Virus record (IMG/VR): IMGVR_UViG_3300027749_000038 | Strand: one strand, 5' to 3' | From: a virus | DNA length: 64,000 bases | In this document: positions 27,418 through 36,776 of the stretch, piece by piece | Numbering within the stretch: the first letter of the stretch is position 1 | Layout of the letters: each line of letters opens with the position of its first letter | Position numbers and translations under genes: made by a program | Notes under the pieces: generated by a model | Told to the model about the DNA's origin: nothing | What the model saw: the letters and a program-made list of their open reading frames with translations, nothing else | The model's database searches: none

Positions 27418-30400
27418 ATGGCCATCACATGCGAAGACATTCGGATCACAGACCTATGTAGAGCTGATCACTTAGTTAATAGTGATTTGTTATTAGCTGC
27501 TACCAATTTCTCTACTCAAGCAAGCACCCAAGCTGTCTCCGCTTGTGTTGTATTAAATTATATAACTGACAGATCCGCATACAGACTTGATAATCAGTGC
27601 AGTATTGTACCATCTAATCCCTTGGTTGGCCAAAGCTATAACAACACCATCACTCTTTCTAAATATTCCAATATAGCCAGTGGTTTGAGTAATCGTATCG
27701 ATGCAGCTGGAGATGGTGGTGGATCTGCTATCGGTTCTGGTTGTTGTAATTACGTAGGAGATGATTTATCTGTTATTGGAGGAGGAGAACAAAATTCTGT
27801 AGATGCTTGTGCATCAGCTATTGTTGCTGGGGCTTATAACGGTTCTACCGGTATATACGACTTCATCGGTGCTGGTGTGTATAACAAAGTCACTCTTCCA
27901 AAATCTTCTATTGTTGGTGGAGAAGGTAACCAAGTTAATGCTACTAAGAGTTTTATTGGAGGAGGACAGGGCAATTTAGTAAAATCTAATTATTCTTCCA
28001 TTGTAGGAGGTTATAGTGGAATAGTAGATAGTCCATACTCCACCATTGTAGGTGGAAGCAATAATATAACTTGTGGAGATCACAATTTTATAGGATCTGG
28101 TACTTGTAATCAAATAGACGGAGAGCATTCTTCTGTGAATGGAGGCTCTTACAACATAGTTAATTCCAGTTATGCGTCAATTGTTGGAGGTAACCTAAAT
28201 AGAACTAATGCAAATCATAACTTTATAGGTGCTGGAGTAAATAACACCACTAACCAAAATTGTGCTTCTATAGTTGGTGGTGAAGATAATTTTGTAAATG
28301 GAGAAATCAGTTCTATCTTAGGTGGATATAGTAATGTAATTAGTGCTAGTGGATCCTCTATTGCCGGTGGATGTTGTAATAATGTTTCTGGAGAGTTTAC
28401 TTCTATGGGAGCTGGTGCATGTAATGTCGCTAGTGGAGATTTTGCTTCTATAGTGGGAGGCAAAACTAATTCTTTATCCGGAAATTATGCTTCAATTCTT
28501 GGTGGTGAATTAAATAAAGTAGTTTGTGATCATTCTATCATAGCTGGAGGATATAACAATTGTGTCTCAGATTGTTTATCGTTTATAGGAGGAGGCCAAA
28601 GTAATTTTTCTAGTAATACTCACACCGTTATAGATGGAGGATTTTGCAATACAATCAGTGGAGAGAGATCTTCTATTGTAGGAGGTTATTGCAACAACAT
28701 TTCTGGCAGCAATGATTTTATTGCTGGTGGAGGACGCAATATTGTAAAATCTAATTTTTCTTCCATAGTCGGTGGATTTAGTAGTTCTGTATTAAGTGGA
28801 GATTGTTCTTTAATTGTTGGTGGTGAATGTAATGTAATTACAGCCGGAGGTTCTTCTATTGTCGGCGGCATAAACAACCAAATTAACGGCTGCAACTCTG
28901 TTATTGGTGGAGGCTGTTGCAATTTAGTACAAACTTATCATTCTTCTATTGTCGGTGGTTATAGTGGTTCTGTATTTGGAGCTCATTCTACAGTGGTCGG
29001 TGGATGTAAAAACGTTGTTAATGGATGCAAGTCTGTGATCACTGGTGGTGCTTTAAATAACGTTCTAGGAAATGATAGTTTTATAGGTTCTGGTGAAATT
29101 AATAAAGTTGATGCAGATTATTCTTCTATTGTTGGTGGTGTTTCAAATACAGTCTCTGGCACCAAATCTGATATTGTTGGCGGAGAGTTTAATAAAGTTC
29201 AATCTAACTATTCTTCTATTGTTGGTGGATATAGTGGTTCTATATTAAGTGGTGATTATTCTTTAATTGCTGGTGGATGTTGCAATACAATCAGCGCAGA
29301 CAGTTCTTTAATTGCTGGAGGAGTTTGTAATACCGTTAGTGGGTCTAAATCTAATATTCAAGGAGGACAATTTAATACAGTTAAAACCAATTATTCTTCG
29401 GTAGCTGGTGGATATAGTGGTTCTGTATTGACTGGAGATTGTTCTTTGATTGCTGGAGGTTCTGCTAACACCATCAAAGGAAGTGGTTCTTTAATTGCTG
29501 GAGGAGTTTGTAATACAGTTAGTGGAACCAAATCTAATATCGGTGGTGGTGAGTGTAATGCTGTTGGATCTAATTTTTCTTCTGTGGTTGGAGGCTTTAA
29601 AGATACTATAACAGCGGGAGATTATTCTTTAATCGCCGGTGGAGCTTGCAATAATATTAACGGAACAAAATCTGTTGTTGCCGGGGGAGAATGTAATATT
29701 GTTAAAAGTAATTACTCCTCTATTGTCGGTGGTTATAGCAGTTCTGTATTGACTGGGGATTATTCTTCCATTAATGGAGGACTTTGCAACGTAGTGTCAG
29801 GAACTAGATCTCAAATAGGTACCGGTGAATGTAATACAGTTAAAACCAACTACTCCTCTGTGGTCGGTGGTTATAGCAGTTCTATATTAACCGGAGATCA
29901 TTCCACTATTGTAGGCGGATGTAGTAACGTAATCAGTGCTAGCGGTTCTTCTATCGTCGGAGGATTTAATAATTCTGTAAATTCTCTTGGTGGATTTTCT
30001 TTAATTGCAGGTGGGTGTAGTAATGTCGTTAGTGCTAGTGGATCCTTAATTGCTGGTGGTATTTCTAATAAAGTTAGTGGAGATAAATCTAATATTATTG
30101 GAGGAGAATGTAATATTGTCAAAACTAATCACTCTTCCATAGTTGGTGGTTACAGTAGTTGTGTAGCAACTGGAGATTGTTCTGTAATTGTTGGAGGTTT
30201 TAGTAACTCAATCAGTGCTAGTGGTTCTTTAATTGCTTCAGGAGGACTTAATATAGTTAAAACTAATTATTCTTCCATTGTTGGAGGATATAGTGGCTCT
30301 GTATTGACTGGTGATTATTCTTTAGTTGCTGGTGGATGTAGTAATGTAGTCAGTGCTAGTGCATCTTCTGTAGTAGGAGGATTTTCTAACACGGTTAAAA

Positions 30401-32826
30401 CCAATTATTCTTCCATTGTTGGAGGATATAGTGGCTCTGTATTGACTGGTGATTATTCTTCCATTGTTGGAGGTTGTAGTAATGTGATTAGTGCTAGTGC
30501 ATCTTCTGTAGTAGGAGGATTTTCTAACACGGTTAAAACCAATTATTCTTCTATTGTTGGTGGATATAGCAGCTCTATACTAACCGGAGACCATTCTTCC
30601 ATTGTTGGAGGTTGTAGTAATGTGATTAGTGCTAGTGGTTCTTCTATTGCTGGTGGTATTTGCAATAATATTACGGGTTATAAATCCTCTATTGTAGGCG
30701 GAGAGTGTAATATTGTCAAATCTGGATATTCCTCCATTGTTGGAGGTTATAGTAGTTCTCTTGTAGCCGGAAATTACTCTTCTATTGTTGGAGGATGTTG
30801 TAATATGCTTAGTGCTACTGGTTCCACCATAGTTGGAGGTACTAACAACACTCTTAAATCTGACAATTCTTATATAGCTGGTGGCAATAATAACAATTCT
30901 ACCAATTATTCAAACACTTTTATTTTAGGAAGCAATGTTACGGCTACTTGTTCAAATTATACTTATGTCAATAATTTATCTGCAGTTTCAGACATTACCG
31001 CAGTAATTGTAAATGGCAGAACTTTATTATCTTCTCCAAGTGCTGTTATAACTAATATAACTGCTAGTAGTGCAGTTAGAATTGGTTCTTTCATAACCGC
31101 TCCTAGTGGTTATTTTATAGATACTACTGTAGATAATGTGTTATATGGTAACATAGTTCGAGCTTCCACAGTATTTAAATCTCCAAGTGCTTCAATAGTA
31201 TGTGCAGTCATTGACGATACCATCAAGGTTTGCACTCTTTTAAGAGCAGCTAGTGCTTCTATAGGAAATGCCGCAGTAGATAATGTGTTATATGGTAACA
31301 CAGTTTGTGCTTCCACGGTATTTAAGTCTCCAAGTGCTTCTATTTATAATGCCACAGTAGACGACACTCTTAAGGTTTGTACTCTCCTTAGAGCAGCTAG
31401 TGCTTCTATAGGAAATGCCGCAGTAGATAATGTGTTATATGGTAACACAGTTTGTGCTTCCACTGTATTTAAGTCTCCTAGTGCTTCTATCGTATGTGCT
31501 GTTATAGACGACACCCTTAAGGTTTGCACTCTTTTAAGAGCTGCTAGTGCTTCTATAGGAAATGTTACTATAGACAACACATTATACGGTAACACAGTTT
31601 GTGCTTCTACTGTATTTAAGTCTCCAAGTGCTTCAATCACTGCCGTAACAATTACAAGTGCTCAGTTTTCAAATGTATCTATTAACAACACCTTACTAGG
31701 AAATACTATATGTGCTTCCACAGTATTTAAGTCACCCAGTGCTTCTATAGATTATATAACTGTAAATTTTGATCTTACTAGCAATAATATAACCAGCCAA
31801 AACAACTTAATAGGTAAAACAATATATTCTAGTTATATCAACAACAGTAACAGAATAAATTCACCTATAATCAACGCCACCACTCAAATATTAAGTGCTG
31901 GTACAGACATTGCGTCTTTGTTTCTTAAAGCCGGTAGTGTTGATGAAGGATTTTCTACAACTTTATACCCTTACAAAGCACCTAATTTTATCTCTTATAC
32001 AGTTTCCAATAACTCAACAACAACCTTTGTTCTTCCTGGAAATCTTTTTGTAGGAACACTGGCTAATGATTATATAGTCTTCATAGACGGGATACATCAA
32101 AAACCATCCATTAATTACACTGTAGATGGAGTATATGGGTTGATAACCACTTCCACAGTTCCTTTAAGTTCTAAAGTTAATATTTTCTCTTATGATTATA
32201 GTGGTAACTATTCTCTAAGACCTAATATACAAACATTCACCAGTAACGGAATTACCTCTTTGTTTAATCTTAGTATATTATCTTCTACTTATAATCTAGA
32301 AAATACTCGTTATTTTGTATTTGTAAATGGAATTATACAACAACCTGGCATCGATTTTGTTATTAACTCCATTGGTGGTAGATCCATTCAATTTACAACT
32401 CCCCCTCCCACAATAGGAGGTTTAAATGGAACTATAGTAGTTTATGAATATTTGTACGGATCTCTTGGAATAACTCAACCAGATTTCTTATCTTTCACCG
32501 GCAATGGTTCAACTTCAGCTTTCAATGTTAGTACTTCTTATATCAGTCCATCTGCAACCAACTATCTCATATCTCTGGGTGGTGTTGTTCAACGACCAGA
32601 AATAGATTATGTAGTAAATTCTGTTAACAATGGAACTATTCAATTTACAACCCCACCTCCATTAAATGCCAATGCTGGAGTATATTATTTTAAATTTGGT
32701 AATTATAACAGCAATCTTAATATTGTAAATATAATCTCCAAAACCACTCCAATGACTGCTACAGGTGATTTTATATCTTTAGTAATAAATGGAAATCAAA
32801 AATATATTCGTCTCTGGGAAGGTTAA
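27418..32826 (+). CDS. Long tail-fibre/adhesin-like protein (1802 aa): ~15-aa S.I.GG..N.V repeats, 49-aa repeats, three C-terminal beta modules
   Basis: Dozens of GG..N repeats (trimeric-autotransporter-head-like solenoid) and three repeats of F....Q.P..D(Y/F).(V/I) with IQFTTPPP. Confidence 0.7.
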   Translation: MAITCEDIRITDLCRADHLVNSDLLLAATNFSTQASTQAVSACVVLNYITDRSAYRLDNQCSIVPSNPLVGQSYNNTITLSKYSNIASGLSNRIDAAGDGGGSAIGSGCCNYVGDDLSVIGGGEQNSVDACASAIVAGAYNGSTGIYDFIGAGVYNKVTLPKSSIVGGEGNQVNATKSFIGGGQGNLVKSNYSSIVGGYSGIVDSPYSTIVGGSNNITCGDHNFIGSGTCNQIDGEHSSVNGGSYNIVNSSYASIVGGNLNRTNANHNFIGAGVNNTTNQNCASIVGGEDNFVNGEISSILGGYSNVISASGSSIAGGCCNNVSGEFTSMGAGACNVASGDFASIVGGKTNSLSGNYASILGGELNKVVCDHSIIAGGYNNCVSDCLSFIGGGQSNFSSNTHTVIDGGFCNTISGERSSIVGGYCNNISGSNDFIAGGGRNIVKSNFSSIVGGFSSSVLSGDCSLIVGGECNVITAGGSSIVGGINNQINGCNSVIGGGCCNLVQTYHSSIVGGYSGSVFGAHSTVVGGCKNVVNGCKSVITGGALNNVLGNDSFIGSGEINKVDADYSSIVGGVSNTVSGTKSDIVGGEFNKVQSNYSSIVGGYSGSILSGDYSLIAGGCCNTISADSSLIAGGVCNTVSGSKSNIQGGQFNTVKTNYSSVAGGYSGSVLTGDCSLIAGGSANTIKGSGSLIAGGVCNTVSGTKSNIGGGECNAVGSNFSSVVGGFKDTITAGDYSLIAGGACNNINGTKSVVAGGECNIVKSNYSSIVGGYSSSVLTGDYSSINGGLCNVVSGTRSQIGTGECNTVKTNYSSVVGGYSSSILTGDHSTIVGGCSNVISASGSSIVGGFNNSVNSLGGFSLIAGGCSNVVSASGSLIAGGISNKVSGDKSNIIGGECNIVKTNHSSIVGGYSSCVATGDCSVIVGGFSNSISASGSLIASGGLNIVKTNYSSIVGGYSGSVLTGDYSLVAGGCSNVVSASASSVVGGFSNTVKTNYSSIVGGYSGSVLTGDYSSIVGGCSNVISASASSVVGGFSNTVKTNYSSIVGGYSSSILTGDHSSIVGGCSNVISASGSSIAGGICNNITGYKSSIVGGECNIVKSGYSSIVGGYSSSLVAGNYSSIVGGCCNMLSATGSTIVGGTNNTLKSDNSYIAGGNNNNSTNYSNTFILGSNVTATCSNYTYVNNLSAVSDITAVIVNGRTLLSSPSAVITNITASSAVRIGSFITAPSGYFIDTTVDNVLYGNIVRASTVFKSPSASIVCAVIDDTIKVCTLLRAASASIGNAAVDNVLYGNTVCASTVFKSPSASIYNATVDDTLKVCTLLRAASASIGNAAVDNVLYGNTVCASTVFKSPSASIVCAVIDDTLKVCTLLRAASASIGNVTIDNTLYGNTVCASTVFKSPSASITAVTITSAQFSNVSINNTLLGNTICASTVFKSPSASIDYITVNFDLTSNNITSQNNLIGKTIYSSYINNSNRINSPIINATTQILSAGTDIASLFLKAGSVDEGFSTTLYPYKAPNFISYTVSNNSTTTFVLPGNLFVGTLANDYIVFIDGIHQKPSINYTVDGVYGLITTSTVPLSSKVNIFSYDYSGNYSLRPNIQTFTSNGITSLFNLSILSSTYNLENTRYFVFVNGIIQQPGIDFVINSIGGRSIQFTTPPPTIGGLNGTIVVYEYLYGSLGITQPDFLSFTGNGSTSAFNVSTSYISPSATNYLISLGGVVQRPEIDYVVNSVNNGTIQFTTPPPLNANAGVYYFKFGNYNSNLNIVNIISKTTPMTATGDFISLVINGNQKYIRLWEG
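30259..30640 (+). repeat. 138-bp (46-aa) near-identical tandem repeats in the fibre gene
   Basis: About 60 nt identical starting at 30352 and 30490 (AGTGCTAGTGCATCTTCTGTAGTAGGAGG...). Confidence 0.85.
31132..31720 (+). repeat. 147-bp (49-aa) tandem repeats, about 4 copies
   Basis: DN(V/T)LYGN units begin at 31132, 31279, 31426 and 31573. Confidence 0.85.
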
Positions 32827-32839
32827 CAAAATTTAAATT

Positions 32840-35353
32840 ATGAGTTTGCAAATATTATCTCAACCACAACTAGTCCAGAACTCATTTTCTGTTAATGGAG
32901 TATTAAGTGCTACTACAGCAGTATTTAATTCTATCAGTGCTAATTACATATACGCTGGCGGCTCTAATATTTTAGGGTTAAGTGGAGGTGGAGGAGGAGG
33001 TGGTAATGATCCTACTAAATTACCATTGACTGGTGGAACTATTACTGGAGATTTAACCATTGTAGGAACTCTTTTTGTTAATTCTTTAAGTGCTAGTGGA
33101 GTTTTATATGGTGATGGAAGTAAATTCACTTTTAATAACGGTCTGACTGTAAATACTTTTACATCCGCAGTTTCTTTAAGTGCTCAATCTGGTGTATTTT
33201 CTACTGGAAATATGCTTCTTGGTCAAAATGAAGGAGGATCTTATTTTGGCAGAACGGAAATTAAAGAATCTCAGTTATACACAAATAATAATAACATTAA
33301 ATGGAACATGGTAGACTCTAATCTTAGAGATTACATTGCATTTGCAATGTCATCTGATGGACAATATCAAACGGCATTAACTACTTCATATGGTATATTC
33401 AGATCAACAGATTATGGAGTTACTTGGAATAATGTAGATTCCAATGTTAGAACTTATAGAGGAATATCAATGTCTCTAGATGGAAAATACCAAACAGCAG
33501 TGGTTTATTCTATTAATGCAGTTTTTGGATCTCAGACTATATATAGGTCAACTAATTATGGAGCTACGTGGACCATGATCAGTGATGATTTTGGAAGACG
33601 CTATACTAGCGTAGCTATGTCTTCTGATGGAAGAATACAAACATTAGCATTATATAATGATACTGCTGGAGGTATATTCAGATCAACCGATTATGGAGTA
33701 ACTTATAGTCCAGTAGATAATAATACTAGAAATTACCTCTCAATAGGAATGTCTTCTGATGGTAAATATCAAACCGCAGTCTGTAATGGTGGAGCTGTGG
33801 GTAATAGAGGTATATTTAGATCAACGGATTATGGTGTTACTTGGAATAACGTAGATTCCAATTCTAGAAATTATAAAGCAATATCAATGTCATCCGATGG
33901 CAAATATCAACTTGCGGTTGGAGGTGTTTATGCTGGGTTTAGATCTACAAATTATGGATTAACATGGACTGACATATCAATATCAGGAGCATTTGAGGCA
34001 AATTATAATGCAGCAGCAGTTTCGTCAAATGGTAAAATTCAGTTGGTTATGGCAGGAAATGGAGTTGCCATGTCACCAGATTATGGTGCAACGTGGAGCA
34101 TTGTATATCCTCTTTATAATGGTACTGGTATTGGAATGTCTTCTGATGCAAAAATGCAGATTGCGGTTACTAATGGATCAGGACTATTTAGATGTGTATT
34201 AGATTCAGTTTTAGAAGGTAATTTAACAGTTACCTCTTCTGTTTCTGCTCCAGCTTTAAGTGGAACTCATTACGGTGACGGAGGTAATCTAAGTGGAGTA
34301 ATTAAAACTCAGTATACTCCACCAGCCAATGCTACTTTTACTTCTTCAGTTTCTGCACCAGCTTTAAGTGGAACTCATTATGGTGATGGAAGTAAGCTAA
34401 CTGGTATAGCTGGAACATATACCCCACCAGCCAATGCTACTTTTACTTCTAGTGTTTCTGCTCCAGCATTAAGTGGAACTTTTTACGGTGACGGAAGTAA
34501 GCTAACTGGTATAGCTGGAACATATACCCCACCAGCCAATGCTACTTTTACTTCTTCAGTTTCTGCACCAGCTTTAAGTGGAACTCATTATGGTGATGGA
34601 AGTAAGCTAACTTTCACCAACATTCAAGCCCGGGACGCCTCCACCAATTATCCTATTGGAGGTATTACTTTCAGTAATGGTTTTGTCTCCTTAAGTGCTA
34701 GTAGCTTTAGTCAAATAATAACTTTTGACAATGGAGGAATCCGGCCCAAAGTAACTATATACGGAACAGTTTCTGCTCTGTCTTTAAGTGGTATACATTA
34801 TGGTGACGGTAATAATTTAAGCTTCTCTAACATTCAAGCACGAGATATTTTGTCAGGGCTTCCGAACGGTGGAATTACTTTTGGTTCTAATAGTATTACC
34901 TTGAGTACAACTAATACCCAAGTAATGGGTATAGATACCACTTCTTTTACTAAGGCAACTATATACGGATCAGTTTCTGCTCAGTCTTTAAGTGGTACAT
35001 TTTATGGAGACGGAAGTAATTTATTAAATTTAAAAATAACTACAGTTGTAAATGGAAGCAAGTCTGGTACATACACATTAGCTCTTGCTGATGCTGGTTC
35101 TGTTGTCTCATTTAATTCAACCAGTTCTAATATTTGCCAAATTCCAGCAAATTCTGTAGTTCCTTTTGCAATTGGTACTCAAATGATAGTAATACAAGAA
35201 GGAACCGGGACTGTAACTTTTCAAATAGTTCCTAGTTCTGGAGTAGATCTCAAGTACTATAACAATAAAAATATAACATCTGGGCAATATAGTTTAGCCA
35301 CCTTAGTTAAGGTTGGAACTGATTCTTGGAGACTAGGAGGGACTTTATCTTAA
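32840..35353 (+). CDS. Tail fibre A (837 aa): BNR/sialidase-like propeller, 35-aa shaft repeats, conserved C-terminal domain
   Basis: Repeats MSSDG(Q/K)YQTA...GIFRSTDYGVTW; SGTHYGDGS.L repeats; C-terminus YTLALADAG...ATLVKVGTDSWRLGGTLS. Confidence 0.75.
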   Translation: MSLQILSQPQLVQNSFSVNGVLSATTAVFNSISANYIYAGGSNILGLSGGGGGGGNDPTKLPLTGGTITGDLTIVGTLFVNSLSASGVLYGDGSKFTFNNGLTVNTFTSAVSLSAQSGVFSTGNMLLGQNEGGSYFGRTEIKESQLYTNNNNIKWNMVDSNLRDYIAFAMSSDGQYQTALTTSYGIFRSTDYGVTWNNVDSNVRTYRGISMSLDGKYQTAVVYSINAVFGSQTIYRSTNYGATWTMISDDFGRRYTSVAMSSDGRIQTLALYNDTAGGIFRSTDYGVTYSPVDNNTRNYLSIGMSSDGKYQTAVCNGGAVGNRGIFRSTDYGVTWNNVDSNSRNYKAISMSSDGKYQLAVGGVYAGFRSTNYGLTWTDISISGAFEANYNAAAVSSNGKIQLVMAGNGVAMSPDYGATWSIVYPLYNGTGIGMSSDAKMQIAVTNGSGLFRCVLDSVLEGNLTVTSSVSAPALSGTHYGDGGNLSGVIKTQYTPPANATFTSSVSAPALSGTHYGDGSKLTGIAGTYTPPANATFTSSVSAPALSGTFYGDGSKLTGIAGTYTPPANATFTSSVSAPALSGTHYGDGSKLTFTNIQARDASTNYPIGGITFSNGFVSLSASSFSQIITFDNGGIRPKVTIYGTVSALSLSGIHYGDGNNLSFSNIQARDILSGLPNGGITFGSNSITLSTTNTQVMGIDTTSFTKATIYGSVSAQSLSGTFYGDGSNLLNLKITTVVNGSKSGTYTLALADAGSVVSFNSTSSNICQIPANSVVPFAIGTQMIVIQEGTGTVTFQIVPSSGVDLKYYNNKNITSGQYSLATLVKVGTDSWRLGGTLS
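34230..34620 (+). repeat. 105-bp (35-aa) tandem repeats, 3 copies plus a partial
   Basis: CCACCAGCCAATGCTACTTTTACTTCT recurs at 34319, 34424 and 34529. Confidence 0.9.
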
Positions 35354-35375
35354 TATGCTTAGTTTTTATGGTTTA
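35038..35375 (+). repeat. ~340-bp near-identical direct repeat, copy 1 (fibre C-terminus plus start of the next gene); copy 2 at ~41150-41487
   Basis: About 8 substitutions by manual comparison; offset 6112 bp. Confidence 0.9.
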
Positions 35376-36113
35376 GCTGGTAGAGCTTCCTCAGGTATAT
35401 CTTCCGGATTTGTTGAGTTTACTACCGTAGGTACGAACCAATCGATCACGACTGCGATGATTCCCGCTGGCGTGACTCGCGTTAGAGTTCATCTGATTGG
35501 GGGCGGCGGCGGAAACGCAAATTACGGCGGAGTTAACGGTGGAAATTCTGCATTTTCAGCGGCTGGCGTATCCGTGATGGCTGGAGGCGGAGGACAAGGA
35601 AACGACAATTCAAGCGGCGGCGTAGGCGGCTCAATTGCTGCTGTTTCTGGAGTTATAGGTGCTGCAAGTGGAGGTACTACTGGGATCACTCAAGGCGGAG
35701 GCCAAGGCGGAATAGGAATTGACGTTGGAATTGCAATGGGCGGCGGTGGTGGGGGTTATGGCGAGTATTACACCTGTTCATGTTTTGGTGGGGGTTACAG
35801 TACGGGTGGAGGTGGGCAAGTGGGGTTGCTTGGGCCTTCAACTGACACCTTTATTGACTATCCCGGCGGAGCAGGCGGAGGATATAATACAGGACAAACT
35901 CTTCCAATTTATGGAGATAAAGGTGGAGCGGGAGTGTCTGGAATTAACGGTAATTATGGTCAAAAAGCAGGAGGAGGAGGAGGTGCGTATGCGATGTTTT
36001 ATGCTCCAATACAAGGTGCCACAAATTACACAAACGCAATAACGATTGGAAACAGTGGAGGAGTAGGCGCAGGGTCTGGTTATTGCAGAATTCAATGGGG
36101 ATCAGGAATATGA
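35355..36113 (+). CDS. Gly-rich tail-tip/adhesin protein, copy A
   Basis: IPAGVTRVRVHLIGGGGG...GGNSAFS; poly-Gly motifs; ends GSGYCRIQW (common phage Gly-rich domain). Confidence 0.7.
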   Translation: MLSFYGLAGRASSGISSGFVEFTTVGTNQSITTAMIPAGVTRVRVHLIGGGGGNANYGGVNGGNSAFSAAGVSVMAGGGGQGNDNSSGGVGGSIAAVSGVIGAASGGTTGITQGGGQGGIGIDVGIAMGGGGGGYGEYYTCSCFGGGYSTGGGGQVGLLGPSTDTFIDYPGGAGGGYNTGQTLPIYGDKGGAGVSGINGNYGQKAGGGGGAYAMFYAPIQGATNYTNAITIGNSGGVGAGSGYCRIQWGSGI

Positions 36114-36364
36114 AATACGCATTGATTACAACATTTGACGTTGAACAACCCTATAGTTTTAGGGAAGTTCTTCTGGAAAAAATTGAAGGTGATTTTAACG
36201 GAGTTATTTGGGTTGAGTTGCCTGACGATTCCGAAATCACTCCTCAAACTCATAAATACACTGACAAAGGGTTTGAAAAACTTCCAGAGCCTCCTCCTCG
36301 TGTAATTCCAACTCCTGTTAACCCTGCCGAATGCACCAACACTGAGCAGCCTACTGTACTTTAA
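36110..36364 (+). CDS. Small tail-fibre-associated protein, copy A (84 aa)
   Basis: ATGA overlap at 36110; near-identical paralog at 42240-42494. Confidence 0.75.
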   Translation: MKYALITTFDVEQPYSFREVLLEKIEGDFNGVIWVELPDDSEITPQTHKYTDKGFEKLPEPPPRVIPTPVNPAECTNTEQPTVL

Positions 36365-36365
36365 T

Positions 36366-36647
36366 ATGGCAATTGTAACACCTAAACCATTTCAATTTGG
36401 AAGTCTAAATGGAGCAATCTATGATTTTCCTAAAGTAGATGATATTCTTCCTTCTCACGGACACAATGAAACCACAGCTCATATTACAATTGTTGCCAAA
36501 GGTGCAGTAAGAGTGATTACACCAGTTTTAAATCAAGTATTTCAATCTGGAGCTGTTATAGATCTTCCAGCTTTGCAAATGCATGAATTTATTGCAACAG
36601 AAGATAATAGCCGAATTGTAAATATTATAAAGAGTGGTTGTGTTTAA
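36366..36647 (+). CDS. Small cupin-fold protein
   Basis: DILPSHGHNETTAHITIVAKG...QMHEFIATED: H-x-H...H cupin metal motif. Confidence 0.65.
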   Translation: MAIVTPKPFQFGSLNGAIYDFPKVDDILPSHGHNETTAHITIVAKGAVRVITPVLNQVFQSGAVIDLPALQMHEFIATEDNSRIVNIIKSGCV

Positions 36648-36776
36648 TTTTAACAATTATTCACAACCATTTCTAGAAGAATTGATATTAGCTCTAGGTT
36701 GAGGTCTATAGTTTTATATTTAAAATATAAATAAAGATCTTAGAGGTTCTGCTGATATTTTAGATAAATATTACAT

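Noticed and set aside
28215-31640. Antisense ORFs 28215-28463, 28686-28922, 29898-30122, 31110-31316 and 31344-31640
   Set aside because: Shadow ORFs of the Gly/Ser repeat coding strand (Pro-Pro-Thr/Ala patterns), with no independent signals.
27700-31760. Repeat array as CRISPR or non-coding tandem repeat
   Set aside because: The repeats are in-frame, degenerate at the codon level and lack unique spacers; they are protein repeats.
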